A stretch of DNA of 64,000 nucleotides, from NCBI GenBank assembly GCA_029717555.1, contig JAMDHS010000029.1, forward strand, positions 1 through 64,000, in the 5' to 3' direction. The translations under genes and the position numbers were made by a program. Shown here piece after piece: positions 45,421-57,956 of the stretch; position 1 is the stretch's first letter, and each line of letters opens with the position of its first letter. The stretch is from Peribolospora baueri (taxonomy: Eukaryota). The notes beneath the pieces were generated by a model. That model made no database searches and was not told the DNA's origin. It saw only the letters and a program-made list of their open reading frames with translations.

Positions 45421-48033
45421 CTAACGATAACAACCGCGCCCCGCGCCAAGGAGGGTTTCGAGGCGAACGAACCGCTTCTCCCCAGTCGCCCTCAGCTGCA
45501 CCTCCACCTCGCCCGTCTTCTCCCAGTGCTTGCCCAGTACGAACACGGCCGTGTAGCCGATCAGCTCGGCGTCCTTGAGGCGGTGACCCAGACTCAAGGA
45601 GTGTCGGTCGTCGATCACCACGTCGTTGCGCAGGTCCAGAGGCGCTCCTCCGTTCGGACGGCGCTCAACGTCGTCGCAAGAGGGCGCCTCCTCCGCATCC
45701 GCACCAAGTCTTTTCATATCGGCCAGCTCGGTCAACTGCGGCTCGCGCAGCTCGGGGAGAACACTCGAGAGCCCGTCGCCTCCCCTCTCCAATGCGCCAT
45801 ACAGCTCCTCCACCGCCCTCGTCTTTGCCTCCGTCTCTGGCGGGCTCGGGATCACGCAAGCCCTGTAAGGGGCCAGGGTGGACGGCCAGCGGAGTCCCCT
45901 GCCGTCGTGACACTTTTGGGCCACCGCGCCCAAAAGCCTGCTCACGCCCAGGCCGTAGCAGCCCATCTGGAAGGGAAGGCGCGTCTGCCCTTGACCTTGA
46001 CCTTGACCTCCTCTTCCTCCCGCCTGCGTGTCCACGGACGGAGAAACGACGGGAGAAGCCGCAAAGGTGGCGCCTAGGGCGGCGGAGTACTTCGTGCCGA
46101 GATAGAATGTATGTCCCACCTCGATTGCCCTGTTCGCCTCCAGCATGCCGCCACACCCCTCCTTCGCGCACCCATCGCCCTCTCTCGCCGTCCTGAGATC
46201 CGCCACTTCGAGCGCCAATGGGGAGGAAAGGAGGGATGGGAAAAAGTCTGAGAGCGCGGGCGTATCGCTCGAAGGAGAAGAAGAATGATTGACTGATGCT
46301 TGCTCGGCCGGACCGGAAGATGGCGAAGAGGTGAGAAGCAGGGCAGACACGAGCGCCTCTTCCAGCTCCTCGTACTCGAGGCCCGCGGCTTCGCCGTCCA
46401 GGACCACCTTCAGCCCGTCGAATCGAGCGAGCGGGCCCTCCGGCTTCCCCTTCCAATCCCAATGAGCAGGCCCGATGCGCTCCGCCTCGGCCCCGCCAAC
46501 AACTTTGGCGGCCTTGAGAGCGTTGAGCTCGCGTGAACGGGGGACGACAAGGACGGTGAGCATCGTCGGGGAGGTAGGATGGGAGAAAAGGTGGATTTGG
46601 ACATCGGAGGAAGAGAGGTGTGAAGTAGAGGAGATGGATGGCAGGGAAAGCGCTCGCTCTGAGTTGGCAGTGTAGCGACAGCGGGCGCACGAGAGCAGGG
46701 TGTCTTCGCCGGCTAGCGATGGGAGAAGGAAGGTATCAGAGAGGAGGCCATCTCCTAAGGATACCCGGACTCCCGGAACGATTTCAAAGAACAGAGACAC
46801 ACCTGGATCGAGATAATGATACTCATGACTGAGATTGCCCCCGATAGCACCCGAGTCGGCCTCAGCGACCGCAAAGTCCACGCCAATGCGTTGGAAGATG
46901 CGACGGTACGCCCCGGACACCAGTTCGTACGTATGACCCGCGTTATCCTCCGAGGAATCAAAAGTGTAGAGGTCCTTCATGATGAACTCTCGCGCGCGGA
47001 GGAGACCTGATCTGGGTCGCGGCTCGTCGCGGTGTTTCCGGGCTGCATGCAATGTCAAAGGTAGTTCACTGTCAGCTAGCTGCTCTATATACAGCTACGA
47101 GGATGCGTGTACGTACTGATCTGATACACGCGCACCGGCAGCTGCTTTTGCGAGCTGACTTCGGCGGCGACGAGCGAAGTAACCTCCTCTTCGTGCGTCG
47201 GAGCCAGCAGCAAGTCGCTTCCTCTTCGATCTCGGAGCTTGAAAAGCTGTTGTCCGTGGTGGTAGTGAGGAGACATGATCAGTAGTAACACTTATGGTCC
47301 GCAAAGACGAGGCCTTATCGTCGAGCCGGTCCGATCAGATGACGTACCTCACTACCTATGGCCTCGTAGCGACCTGTCTTATGCCACAAGGCGGTCGGCA
47401 GAAGGCTGGGCATGGACAGCTTGGACGCCCCGATCTGGGCGGTCGTTGAATGAAGCCGAAGCGTCCAGTGTTCAGAGCATGAAAACATAGAAACCAACTC
47501 GACGAGCCCAACACGCTCACCCACCCTGCACATTTCCTCATCGATCACGCGCTCCAGCTTTTCCACGACTCTGAGGCCGTTTGGCAAAAGGGTGTAGAAG
47601 CCTGACGCCGACTGGTGCACAACTCGGAAGGTGTCCATAAGCGCGGCAAAAGGGAAAGCGCCAGATGAGGAGGTGCACTCACCTGTCGAATGTACCCGGC
47701 GCGTAGCAAGAGCTTGACGCTCTCCAGCGTCGTCGCTCCTTTACTCCCTCCATCTTCGATGCCAGAGCCCTTGACCGTCGGTACGAAGCGGGTGGAGATG
47801 CGATTGCGCACCAGCGCCTGCGTCAAGCAAGCAGGGGCGAGCACTTTAAGTCCTGCAGCCAGAGAGAACTTCTCGCAGCACTCCAAATGCTCACTCACCA
47901 CCGCCGAAGACGACATCTGCTTTCTTCTTGGGGAGTGAATCGAAGCTTGGAAGGCTCGCAAGAAGTCACCGACCGGGCCGGATGCTCGGCTTAGAGTGCT
48001 GCGGCAGGCTCGCTCATAGGAAAGCACGTACAT
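45421..48033 (-). CDS. Mitochondrial prolyl-tRNA synthetase (AIM10/PARS2-like); start may instead be the ATG at ~47916
   Basis: LLLRAGYIRQ, SGFYTLLPNGLRV, LAPTHEEEVT, motif 2 RDEPRPRSGLLRAREFIMKDLYTFD, IEVGHTFYLGTKYS, motif 3 MGCYGLGVSRLLGA and an anticodon-binding domain DDR...LGHRLKDAELIG. Confidence 0.9.
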
Positions 48034-48097
48034 GCTTCCGAGGAGGAGCGAGAGTCTTGCTCAGAAACACCATCCCATCGCCTCCAGCTCCTTTCCC

Positions 48098-50968
48098 ATG
48101 TCGCTCGCTGAATGCTCCAGGAGAGCGCTCGCGAGAGTTCGCACTCTACAGTCTGCTGTCCAGACGGGCGGCCAAGCCTGTGGCCAAGCCTGCGGCTTGC
48201 TGCGAGGTGAGCTTAGGTGGTACGTCTTCCGGATCTTTCCGGGTCGAGGACTGACCTTGATCACCACCCCATACCGTCCATATCGTCCATGCGCTTCTTT
48301 GAGCAGCTGCACGTCCCTATGCAACGCTCTCTCCTCTCCCGGCGTCTCCGGCTTTGGCACATCCATCGACCATTCCGCCGCCAAAGCCGGCGGTATACGG
48401 TCAGCCTCTGCCCTCCACGCACCCTCACCTCCTCGCGCCCGGCGAGCTGACGCCAGGTATCTCGGCCCTCGAGTACGAGCTGCGAAGGACCAAGCTCATG
48501 GCCGGTCTGCCGGAGGGAAGCGTAGTGGTTGCGCTGGCTGGACGGGTAAAGATGATGAGCATGAACATTTTGTGAGCTAGCTCTCTAGAGTCTTCCTTCT
48601 TCTCAAGGTGGGAGGCTCGGACTTGCCAAAGCCTGGCTGGCTTTGGTCGAAGGCATTTCAAATCTTTACCAGAGGCTCTTCGAAGCTGACCCAGCAATTC
48701 TCGTTGTACAGCTATAAGTTCCGACAAGAGAGTAACTTCTGGGTGAGCGCCTGCTCCCCAGCCCTATTTGCGAGTGGACAACCAGCCCACACGAAGTTCA
48801 TTTTTTCTTCATGACCGATAGTACCTTACAGGTTGGCAAGAGCCGGACTCTGCCCTTATTCTAGGTGAGCATGCTTGAAAAGTTTTGGACACGTAGTTGC
48901 TTTGGTCTCAAGTTCTGTGTCATTTCTTAGAGAAAAACTCTAGCCCGCGAGGCTACAAGATGACCATGTTCGGTGAGTATTCACTTTCTTTTGCCTAACG
49001 CCGCTCCATCATGTTTTCTAGTAACTGAACTGGTGCTTTCTATAAACTCATTAGTACCGAGGAAGGACCCCAAAATAGAACTGTGGGACGGCGCTTTCAC
49101 TGGGCCTGATGGAGCAGTGTCAATTTTCGGCGCTGATGACGTGAGTGTCCTAGGCACAGTCTTGATACAGTCAAGCAGCCTCCATCTAATGCATGCATAT
49201 CTATGCTGACCGGTTCCCCATTTTGTTCAGGCGCTCTCGATGGACCCAACATCTCTGGTCTCCTTCCTCCGACCTCTCCTCACCGCAGCCTCCTACATTT
49301 ACATCGACCTTCCCAACCAGCCCACGGTACCACGGCAGTCCTCGCGTCCTCGAAAACCCAAATCCATCCTCGACTACCTCTCACCGCCCTCCTCCCAACC
49401 CCTTGACCTCTTTACAAAGAAGAGCGATTTTGAGGCCGTCATGGCTTTGTGCAACGGCGCTACGAGCTCGAACGGAGAGGGGAGAACGAGGAGCCTTAGA
49501 TATGAGGTGGACAGATTGAGGGTTGTAAAGAGCGAAGCTGAGGCGAGGCTCATGAGAAAGGCCGGAAAGATCAGTAGCGAGGGTCATGCTCTCACAATGG
49601 TCAGTTCCATTCGGCGTCATGTGCACCAACCGGACTCGCGCTCTTAGCTCAGCGATCCTCCCTCCCTTACCCCATATTTACACATCATTTCTTCATCCCC
49701 ATCAGGCTTTCGCCGGGCCAGGAAAGACAGAAGCGCAGCTGGTCTCTCAATTCGAGTACCACTGCAGCTTGCAGGGGTCCGAACGACCAGCGTACGTCCC
49801 TGTGATGGCCTCTGGGCCGAACGCCCTGTCCGTCCATTACACAAAAAATGACTGCGCTTTGCGAGAAGGCGAACGTGTGTAGTTTTCGCTGTCGATCCCG
49901 CTTCGCTATTTCGGTCTCGCCTCCACGTTGACGGCAATTGCTTCTGCCCTACGACCGTATCTCCCAGTTGTCCTGATGGACGCAGGCTGCGAGCTTCACG
50001 GTTACACCTCCGACATCACGCGGTCCTTCCCAGTTTCCGAGTCAGGGCGCTTCACCCCTCCACAAAGGGACCTGTACGAAGCTGTTCTTCGCACGCTCAA
50101 GTCTTGCATCGCCTTAGCGACGGAGTCAAACGGTTTGTCGCTCAACGACCTCCATCGGAGGAGCGTGGACATGCTTCGCTCCGAGCTTGTGGATCTCGGT
50201 TTTGATATGAATCCCGGCGTGGTCGAGAGGCTTTATCCGCATTTCCTTGGCCACATGCTCGGCGTCGATTTGCACGACACTTCCACTTTCGAGAGATCGG
50301 CGCCGTGAGTCGTTGCATCCGCCATCAGCCGTCGAGTTGAGTCATCCTTGCCGACTGACCGCACTTGCCCTTTTTTAGCCTGAAGGCCGGTATGGTCATC
50401 ACTGTCGAGCCAGGTGAGGCCGGTCTCATTATCAGATGCGTGTGGTCAACCATGCTTTGATAACAACGCCCATTGCTTACTGACTGCTTCCTTCATGGCA
50501 GGGTTGTATGTGCCTTACGATGGTGCGTTCCCTAAGCACTTCCAAGGCATCGGCATTCGAGTGGTGAGCCGTATCTCCTCGGCCATGAACATATCTTAAG
50601 AACTCGAGCTAAACGCACCCGCTTGGCTTACACCCCACCCAATATCTGTCTTTTCCATTCGAATGAATAAAGGAGGATGATGTGCTGTGAGTATCTCGCC
50701 TCCTTCTGTTGAGACCTCGGATTCTTACTCAAATCGTTCGCGTTGTCCCGGTCCATGTTTTCTTCCACGCCCCGGCAGCGTGCAAGAAACGGACAACGTC
50801 GTCCTAACTGCGTCCTGTCCGAAGGAGATCTCTGACGTCGAGGCGGTTTGCCAAGGCCGTCTGGAGCGTTTGGAGGCATTGAAAGCCGACGTCGATGGGG
50901 AGAGCGCGGGGCAGGTGTCAAATGGTGACAGCATGGGTTCAACCACATTGCGAGCAGACGGACCATGA
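48098..50968 (+). CDS. ICP55: Xaa-Pro aminopeptidase, mitochondrial intermediate cleaving peptidase Icp55-like; an upstream in-frame ATG exists at 48032
   Basis: [56 protein letters not shown]24 metal ligands in [37 protein letters not shown] and GIRVEDDVL. Confidence 0.9.
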
Positions 50969-51202
50969 TGGTGGCATTCTCGTCTCGCGTTCCCTCCTTT
51001 GCTCAATGTCGGACGTACACATAGATCTGCTAGAATCGAGGACCAGCACGTTGCTTTAGCACGACAGATTTACAAGCGTTTTCAGAACGACCAGAAGCCA
51101 CTGGCTTCCTCTTCTCCCTTGGGGAAAGTGTACAATGCAGTGCGAAGAGACTTTGGAGAGCGAAGAAATACGCGATATACAAGACAGATGGGTCGCTCCT
51201 GC

Positions 51203-53875
51203 CTACACTTTCACTCCCAACGCCACAAGCCCCTTGAGCGCCACGACGGCGGGCATCACAATCTCCCTGACCTTTGTCTCCACCACGACGGTCTTGAGCG
51301 CCTCGACTACGCCCGCCTCTTTCAACACTTCCAGTTCCGTGCTAGCAGGTTTGACGGCGCCGGAAGCGACGATGGCGCGGAGAATCTCGACTCCTCGATG
51401 GCGAAGACCGATCAGCGCCGCTTCGCGCGCGGGTCCGGAGGGCGAGACGTCTTCTCCGTTTTCTTCGTCGCCGCCCGCTTGAGCTCCGTTCTCGTCGCCT
51501 GAAGCCGAGATTTCTCGGAACCTCGAAGGAACGACGAGATCGACCACCATCTCCACTCTCTTCTTCCCCAAACCGATGATAGTCTTTGCAGCACGCGGGG
51601 AACACGCGAGAGTCGCAAGCGCGCCCGAGGCGGCAAGCCTGGTCGGGAGGTCACGCACGGTGGAGAGGGCGAGAAGGAGGTGGAGCTGGCTAGCGGAGCG
51701 GGAAGGAGCGCGACCTTCTCCGCGTTCGTCTTTGCCGGCCGCGGAAGGGGAAGGATCGGACCCGTCGCTTGACGGAGCATCGTCCTCGCCAGTGTATCTC
51801 ACGAACACCTCTTCACAACCCACCAAGTTGCATGTCAGCTCGGTAGCCGCTCTTCGGACCATGTAGTTCTCGTCGAGCAGTCGAGCCTCGATCTCTTCTA
51901 GCAGGAATCTTTGATGACTTCCGTTCGCCTTTGAAGAGGCCGGACCGTCAACGGACCTCTTGGTAGAGCCTCCGACAGACACTTTAAGAGTTGAAATTCT
52001 CATAGGCACCTCGGCACCCACGGAAGCGAGGTTGGTGAGCGCCATGAGGGCTTCGAACTGCTGCAGGAGGGTGGAGACGGGATGGACGAGGAGGACGCCG
52101 AGAGGGAGCAGGGCCGGCAGGACCGACGCGGGAGACGGGCCAAAGAGTACTGGCGGCGGAGAGGTGATGGCCAGTTTCGCGAGGGCTTGCAGCGGCGCCA
52201 GGTCGTCAGCGCTGAGCTCAATTAACGTCGTCGCTTGCTGTTGCGATTGCTGCTCAGCCAAGTCGGGCCGAGGCTTGCCAGAAGGGGGCGCAAGATTCGC
52301 CATGACGGCACTTGAAAGCCTCAAAAGCGCCTTGAGAGCACCGCCTTGGATCGCTACCCCCCGCTCCTCCTTCCTCTCCACCACCGCGAGCCATATCTTG
52401 CCCAACGCTTTCCGGACCGCATCGCTCCTTCTGCGACTTCCCGGTCCGAGTTGGACGGTTGTGGCATCCGGGATCACCGCAATGTCGCCGGTGCCTACAA
52501 GTGCGGGCAGCAGGTCCGCCTTGAGCAGTCGCTGCACCCTCGCGTGTACGGCCTCGTCCGAATTGAGCGGGTGGTTCCGCTCATTGTCGGTGTCGACCTT
52601 CCCTGCCGCACCGGAAGGGGTGGTGGCGCTTTTGGCCTTAGCCATAGCTCGCAGACGCTCCATCTGCGCGTCTTCGGAGGATTGAGGGGTTTTATAAGAG
52701 ACAAGGTGAAGAATGATCGTTGACACGGCGAAGAGCATCGCGGCGTCCGTGCCCTCCCCGCTGATCGAGTCGACTTTTCGCTCCATATCGTCGTACGCAG
52801 AGCTGGAGCTCATTTCGCCTGTATTGACCGAGGACAAAGAAGGGAAGACAGATTTGCGGGATCTGGACGGCAAGAGGGCGAAGAGAGCATGAAGGAAGGA
52901 GATGTCGCGAGAAAGAGCATCCTTGATGGCGGGGCGGAGACAAAGGTAGACGAGACCTTCCAAAGCGGAGAGCAGGCTTTGGGGTGCTTGTCCGTCCTTC
53001 GCCATCCCCTTGGGCGGCTGGGCCAAAGAAGAAGAGAGTACGAGGCCCTTGAACATGTCCGCCAAGCGCTCAGCCTCGCCTTTTCCCGCCGCCCAGGTGA
53101 CCGGCCCTCCGTCTGCTTCTCCCGCACCGCCAGCTTGCAGCTTCGTAAGAGCAACAGCAGCCGAAGCTTTCAGTCGCGCTCCGTCATCATCCGCGCCCTT
53201 CGCCATCTCTCCCACGCATCTACTCGCATCTTCCAGCCATCTCACCGCCTCTCCACCGTCTGTCGCCGTCAACGTCGCCCTGCCCTCCTTGTTGCTCACA
53301 AAGGCCGATAATAGCTCTGCTATTCGACATCGCACGTCGTAAATCCGGCCGGGCAAAGCATTCGCGGTATCGGCAGCTTCAAGGGCTGAGGACAGCAGAG
53401 CAGGAGCGGAGAGGAGGGAGCGGGCGAGCGAGGGGGAGAGCTGGGAGACGGCGATGAGGAAGGAAAGCGCGGACAGGATAGCGGCGGCGTCGGTGTCAGC
53501 GAGCGAAGAGCGGACGACGGGCTCAAATAGGCTGAGGAGCCCCGCGACTTGACCATTGCCATCACCAGCTACGACGTCTGCGCCTTCTCGTGCCAACGCC
53601 GCAGAGAGGGCAAGATAAGCTAGCGAGGTGATCCTCCGCCGATCAGACGAAGATGCGCTCGAGTCGAACGCGGCCACTAGTCGCGAAGCGTCGGAAGTCA
53701 TCAGCGGATCAGCGGATTGAGCGAGTGCGGTGAGAAACGCCCCCGTCTCCTCCACCAACTCTCGGGAGGGCTGCCCGGATGGCTGGGCAAGGCCGTGGCG
53801 AGCGGCCATGGTGTTCGCTGGCTGGCGAGATGGCTTCGAAGACGGTGATGCTGAAGTCGACGCCGCATGGGCCAT
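51203..53875 (-). CDS. UCS-domain myosin chaperone (She4/Cro1/UNC-45-like); intronless
   Basis: Single long ARM-like ORF with ALEGLVYL, ERGVAIQGGA, LLQQFEALMALTNLAS, NYMVRRAATELTCNL, RLAASGALATL and LRHRGV. The start at 53875 (MAHAAS) is chosen by inference; the ORF is open from 54049. Confidence 0.85.
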   Translation of the reverse strand: MAHAASTSASPSSKPSRQPANTMAARHGLAQPSGQPSRELVEETGAFLTALAQSADPLMTSDASRLVAAFDSSASSSDRRRITSLAYLALSAALAREGADVVAGDGNGQVAGLLSLFEPVVRSSLADTDAAAILSALSFLIAVSQLSPSLARSLLSAPALLSSALEAADTANALPGRIYDVRCRIAELLSAFVSNKEGRATLTATDGGEAVRWLEDASRCVGEMAKGADDDGARLKASAAVALTKLQAGGAGEADGGPVTWAAGKGEAERLADMFKGLVLSSSLAQPPKGMAKDGQAPQSLLSALEGLVYLCLRPAIKDALSRDISFLHALFALLPSRSRKSVFPSLSSVNTGEMSSSSAYDDMERKVDSISGEGTDAAMLFAVSTIILHLVSYKTPQSSEDAQMERLRAMAKAKSATTPSGAAGKVDTDNERNHPLNSDEAVHARVQRLLKADLLPALVGTGDIAVIPDATTVQLGPGSRRRSDAVRKALGKIWLAVVERKEERGVAIQGGALKALLRLSSAVMANLAPPSGKPRPDLAEQQSQQQATTLIELSADDLAPLQALAKLAITSPPPVLFGPSPASVLPALLPLGVLLVHPVSTLLQQFEALMALTNLASVGAEVPMRISTLKVSVGGSTKRSVDGPASSKANGSHQRFLLEEIEARLLDENYMVRRAATELTCNLVGCEEVFVRYTGEDDAPSSDGSDPSPSAAGKDERGEGRAPSRSASQLHLLLALSTVRDLPTRLAASGALATLACSPRAAKTIIGLGKKRVEMVVDLVVPSRFREISASGDENGAQAGGDEENGEDVSPSGPAREAALIGLRHRGVEILRAIVASGAVKPASTELEVLKEAGVVEALKTVVVETKVREIVMPAVVALKGLVALGVKV

Positions 53876-54265
53876 CTTTGGCCAAGACAAGAGCTGTGCA
53901 CGTGATGTGCAAGTTGCACATGCCCTTCTCACCACTTCGTTGTCTCGCTCTCTCTCCTCTGTGCGCTTCAGAATCCGACGTCTGCTCTGTGCGTTTCTTT
54001 CTTTCTTGGTTCTCTCCGCTTGTACAGATTTAATTCCACCATATCCCATCCTGTATCCAGTTCGCCGGCCTTAAAAAGAAAACTCGAAGGCTCATGCAAG
54101 TGTGGGACCCGATCTATCCAGATTACTCCGTCCATCTATCCGCCCCTTTAGCCAGCCTTGTGCGCACCGAGCGACCTCAGCTGTGCATAGCCAACTACGC
54201 CCACGAATGTCCGCTCGCCTCCTCCAAGCCCCAAGCCCATGCATGTGGACCAGGTGACAAGCAGG

Positions 54266-57200
54266 TCAATCGATCCTCTGCTTTCCGGCACTCATCTCTA
54301 TGGCGATCCTGCTCTGCCGACGATCGTGCCCAGCCTGCCAGCTCGAGCTACCACGGCTGTTATTGAGCTTAGACGCGTACGCGGGCGAGGCCACGCCCGT
54401 CTTCTTGTAGCCCAGTCGGCCGTGCTTGCCGGACATGTAACCCTGTGGCGATTTCATAGTAGAACAGATAAGCGGCAGAAGAGGGACGATAACAAACCCA
54501 TCGACAATTGGCCGTCTTTGTCCTTCTGCTCACAGGTCCTTCGTACTCGATCGTTTCGATCGGACGGTTGAGACTCGGCCAGGCGACATAGTCCACACCT
54601 CTCTGGAGAATGTAGAAGAGGCAACCAGTGGAAACGGCCAACCAAAAGAGGATGAACGAACGCATCGAATGACCTGTAATGGGAAATTTAAGTGAAGCGG
54701 GAGCGGTGTGAGCGCGGATCGCGATAAAAAGTGGTCAGTCAAGGACGAAATGCGGGTTGGGAAGAACGTACCTCCGGAATTGGGTAGGAGCATGCCGGCA
54801 AGGACCATCAAGAGGGAGAACATGAGGATGTAGGGCACCTACACGCGTAACCCAAGTAGGGGGTCATACATCCGTTAGCCAAAACACAGGGGCACTGACA
54901 ATGATACACCGTCGCTATGACTTACCGCTCTGACGAGGAGCTCTCGCTGGTCACCGAACGAAGCCCCACCTTCCTTGCGAGAATCCCAAGCTCCGGTGAA
55001 GAGGTCATAAGCATCTTGGCGTGGCCCGTCAAGGAAGTTGTTCTTGATGTACCGCATAGCGCTGTTAATGCCGTCGTTCAGTGCGCCTTCACGCGTTCGC
55101 TTGCCCGTGCGCGTGAAATCGGTCTTAAGCGCCCCGGTGCCAGAATACGCCTTGCTGATCACGTCTGCGTGGTCGGCCCAGACTGTAGAACGAGATGACG
55201 TCAAGAGTAAATTGGCAAGTGTCAAACCTACTCAATCGGGTATCGCTCGACGACGAAACGCGTCTGGCCACTGACCATTCCTAAACAGCGTCATGAACTC
55301 CGAATGCTCCTCGACGGACTCCTTCTCATGCAGGACGCCGACCTGTCGCAGCTGCTGGGTAAGAATCCACCGACCGATCGTGCTCTGGACGACGTTCGTC
55401 CGATCTGCAATTGACCACCGAGTTAAAGAAAGCGAATCAGCCGCAAGTTTAGAAATCGTGTGCTCAATTTGGGTTCTACGTCGCCAAAGAAACACACCGA
55501 GGCAATCCATGCAGTTTGTGCGCACGACCTGGCTCTGCATGTGACGGACTGGGTTCGATTGGGTCGAAACGTCGAGATGGAAAAATCTGGGAAAGCGCAC
55601 GACACGACGAAGGACAGAAAAGTTAACTAAGCGCATTGAGGCCTAGACGTTGAACCGATAAAGCGCCACGTACTCATCCCGCCTCCAGCCCTGCGCCTCC
55701 AGCCTCTCCGCGAGCAAGCTGACCCTTTCCCAACGCATGTTCTTACACTCGTGATGAAAATCGAAGTAGGTATAATGCATGTCCGGGTTGCCCAGCGCCT
55801 GGACGGCACGCTCGAACGCCTCCTTAACGGGCCGCTCGTAGCCTTTCTGGTTCACTAGGTTGACGATGTACACCGGACCGTAGAGGCCGATTTGTTGATC
55901 GAAGTGGCGCCTCACGGACTCGATCTGGCAGCGTTGGACAAGATGCAAAAGGTGAGGGTACGCAAGCTCGTAGGCTGTCAGTGAAAAGTTCCGTCCCGTG
56001 ACTTATACCCGCTGTCACCAAAGCCTCTCGCCTCACCGTGGTTGACTTTTCCATGATCTGAAGGTCGGGCTTGTACCTGAGATTATTGACCTCGGCCCAA
56101 TACACGGGGACGCTGCCCCTAGTCTGCACATAGCTCATCCTTACGCTCCCGTCTCCCCTGCCAACACCGACGCCGCCTTTCTCGGCCGCTTCAACCGCGC
56201 CAGGCCCGACGCCAGCTTCAGGAACAGGATCGAGAACGATAAACTGCTCCGTCTCATTGAAGTTACTCGTGTTGCCTTGCGCATCGACGCCTCGAGAGAA
56301 GTAGCGCGTGCCAGCGCGGTGGCGGGAGCGGCGGGCGATGAGGCCAAAAAGAAATGGGTTCGAGTTGATGACGGCGGATTTTATTTCTAGGAAGCCGAAG
56401 ACGACCGGGAGAATGAAGAAAGAGAGCTGTACGGGGGCGAAAGGGGCCGCGGAGCCGCACAGAGTCAGCATGCCAGTGTGATCCATAACTTATACCCCAT
56501 CTAATAAGCCTAGCGTGCGTGCGCAAGCCGGAGGGGCGGAAAATAAGAGACTCACGTCTGGACCATTCGGACTCTGCGTAATATCAATGAACCGAGTTTG
56601 GAGATGACGGTTCCAGAAGAAACGGTCGTCCGCCTGCAGGCAAAGGAGCACGCGAATACAAAAGAATTTCAGCACCGTCGGGGAACACATACGCGGGCAT
56701 CTACGCTCGGTTGCAGGCTTGCAACGAGCGAACGAGAACTACAGCTCACCCTCTTCCAAAGAGGTTCCTGACCCCTGCCCTGCTCTTCTAACTTCCTCTG
56801 TCGCTGCATCGTGTTGGTGAGATCCCACTTGTAGCTAAAATAGAACGGCCCAGAGTAGAGATGATTCTTGACAAGACGAAGGAGCGTCTTCTCAACGGGG
56901 TGCTGGAGCAAAGAAGGCGTGGCGTTGCGGTCGATGGGCAGGACGCGGAAGTCGGTGGCGAGGAAGACGTCTTGGCCGAGGATGCGCGCAACTCGACGTG
57001 CGTCGGTGATGACGACAAGGAAGTCGGCTAGAAGGGAGTTAAGATTACAAACGGAGAGGTGCGATCGGCGCCGGGAAGCCAATCCAGGATGACAAGAGAG
57101 GATGAAGGCGCTCACTCGTGTGCAAAGGAATGATGCCCATCACACCATGTACGGTCATGACCTTCTCGGTCCCCGCGAGCGATGAAGATGCTAAGCCAGC

Positions 57201-57545
57201 CGAGAGAACAGGGAATAGACCACCTGTGTAAGCCCATGTTCCGGTCCCAAGAAGGGCTTGCTTACAAGCAAGCGACGAAGTCACGCAGGAGGGGACGCGA
57301 GCGTACCATCGAGCCTGATCTCGTTTTTGGTGCGATCGATGACCAGCACCTGACCTTTCTCGCTGCCGGCAGCCGAAAGAGGCTCGAGGGTGTACGCGTC
57401 TGGCGCAACGTACCTGAAGACGAGGAGACGGGTGTTGGAGGAGAACCCATGAAGAGTGAGCCAGAGGGGACGAGCGTGCATCGGAAACCGACGACGCCGA
57501 GATGAGGTGGACTGCTCACATCCGAAAACCGTCATGGAGCGACAT
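54266..57545 (-). CDS. SAC1: Sac1 phosphoinositide phosphatase
   Basis: [57 protein letters not shown], catalytic [16 protein letters not shown] (split by an intron), [28 protein letters not shown] and two C-terminal TM segments. Ends KQRID*. Confidence 0.93.
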
Positions 57546-57956
57546 GATGGCTTGGTAGAGCTGGGCGGCGAGTCTCGACGTTCTTCAGACTCGAATGTCG
57601 AGTTGTGACGCTATGGTCGGATAGAGAAGGAGCGACGACTGTATTGCCGAAGCGAAGGCCACTCGGTGCGTTCGCGGCGCGGGGTTGGGTTGCACGTGCG
57701 TCGGGCGTTTCGCAGCACGTGGAAAATCCTTCTCAGGTGGCCAGGCTGTGTGAGCCGCTGACGCTCGGTATCTGGAGAACCACTGACAGCCATTTAGAGA
57801 TCTCGACAACAAGATGCCTTGGTCCGAGAATTTAACAAGGCAATGCGTCGGAACGCGCTGATCGCGAGGACGGAGGATAGAGTACACCGTGCAAAAACGT
57901 ATAGAAACGACGAAGCGAAAGAGACGGATGAATAGACGGCAAGTAACAAGCGCCGC

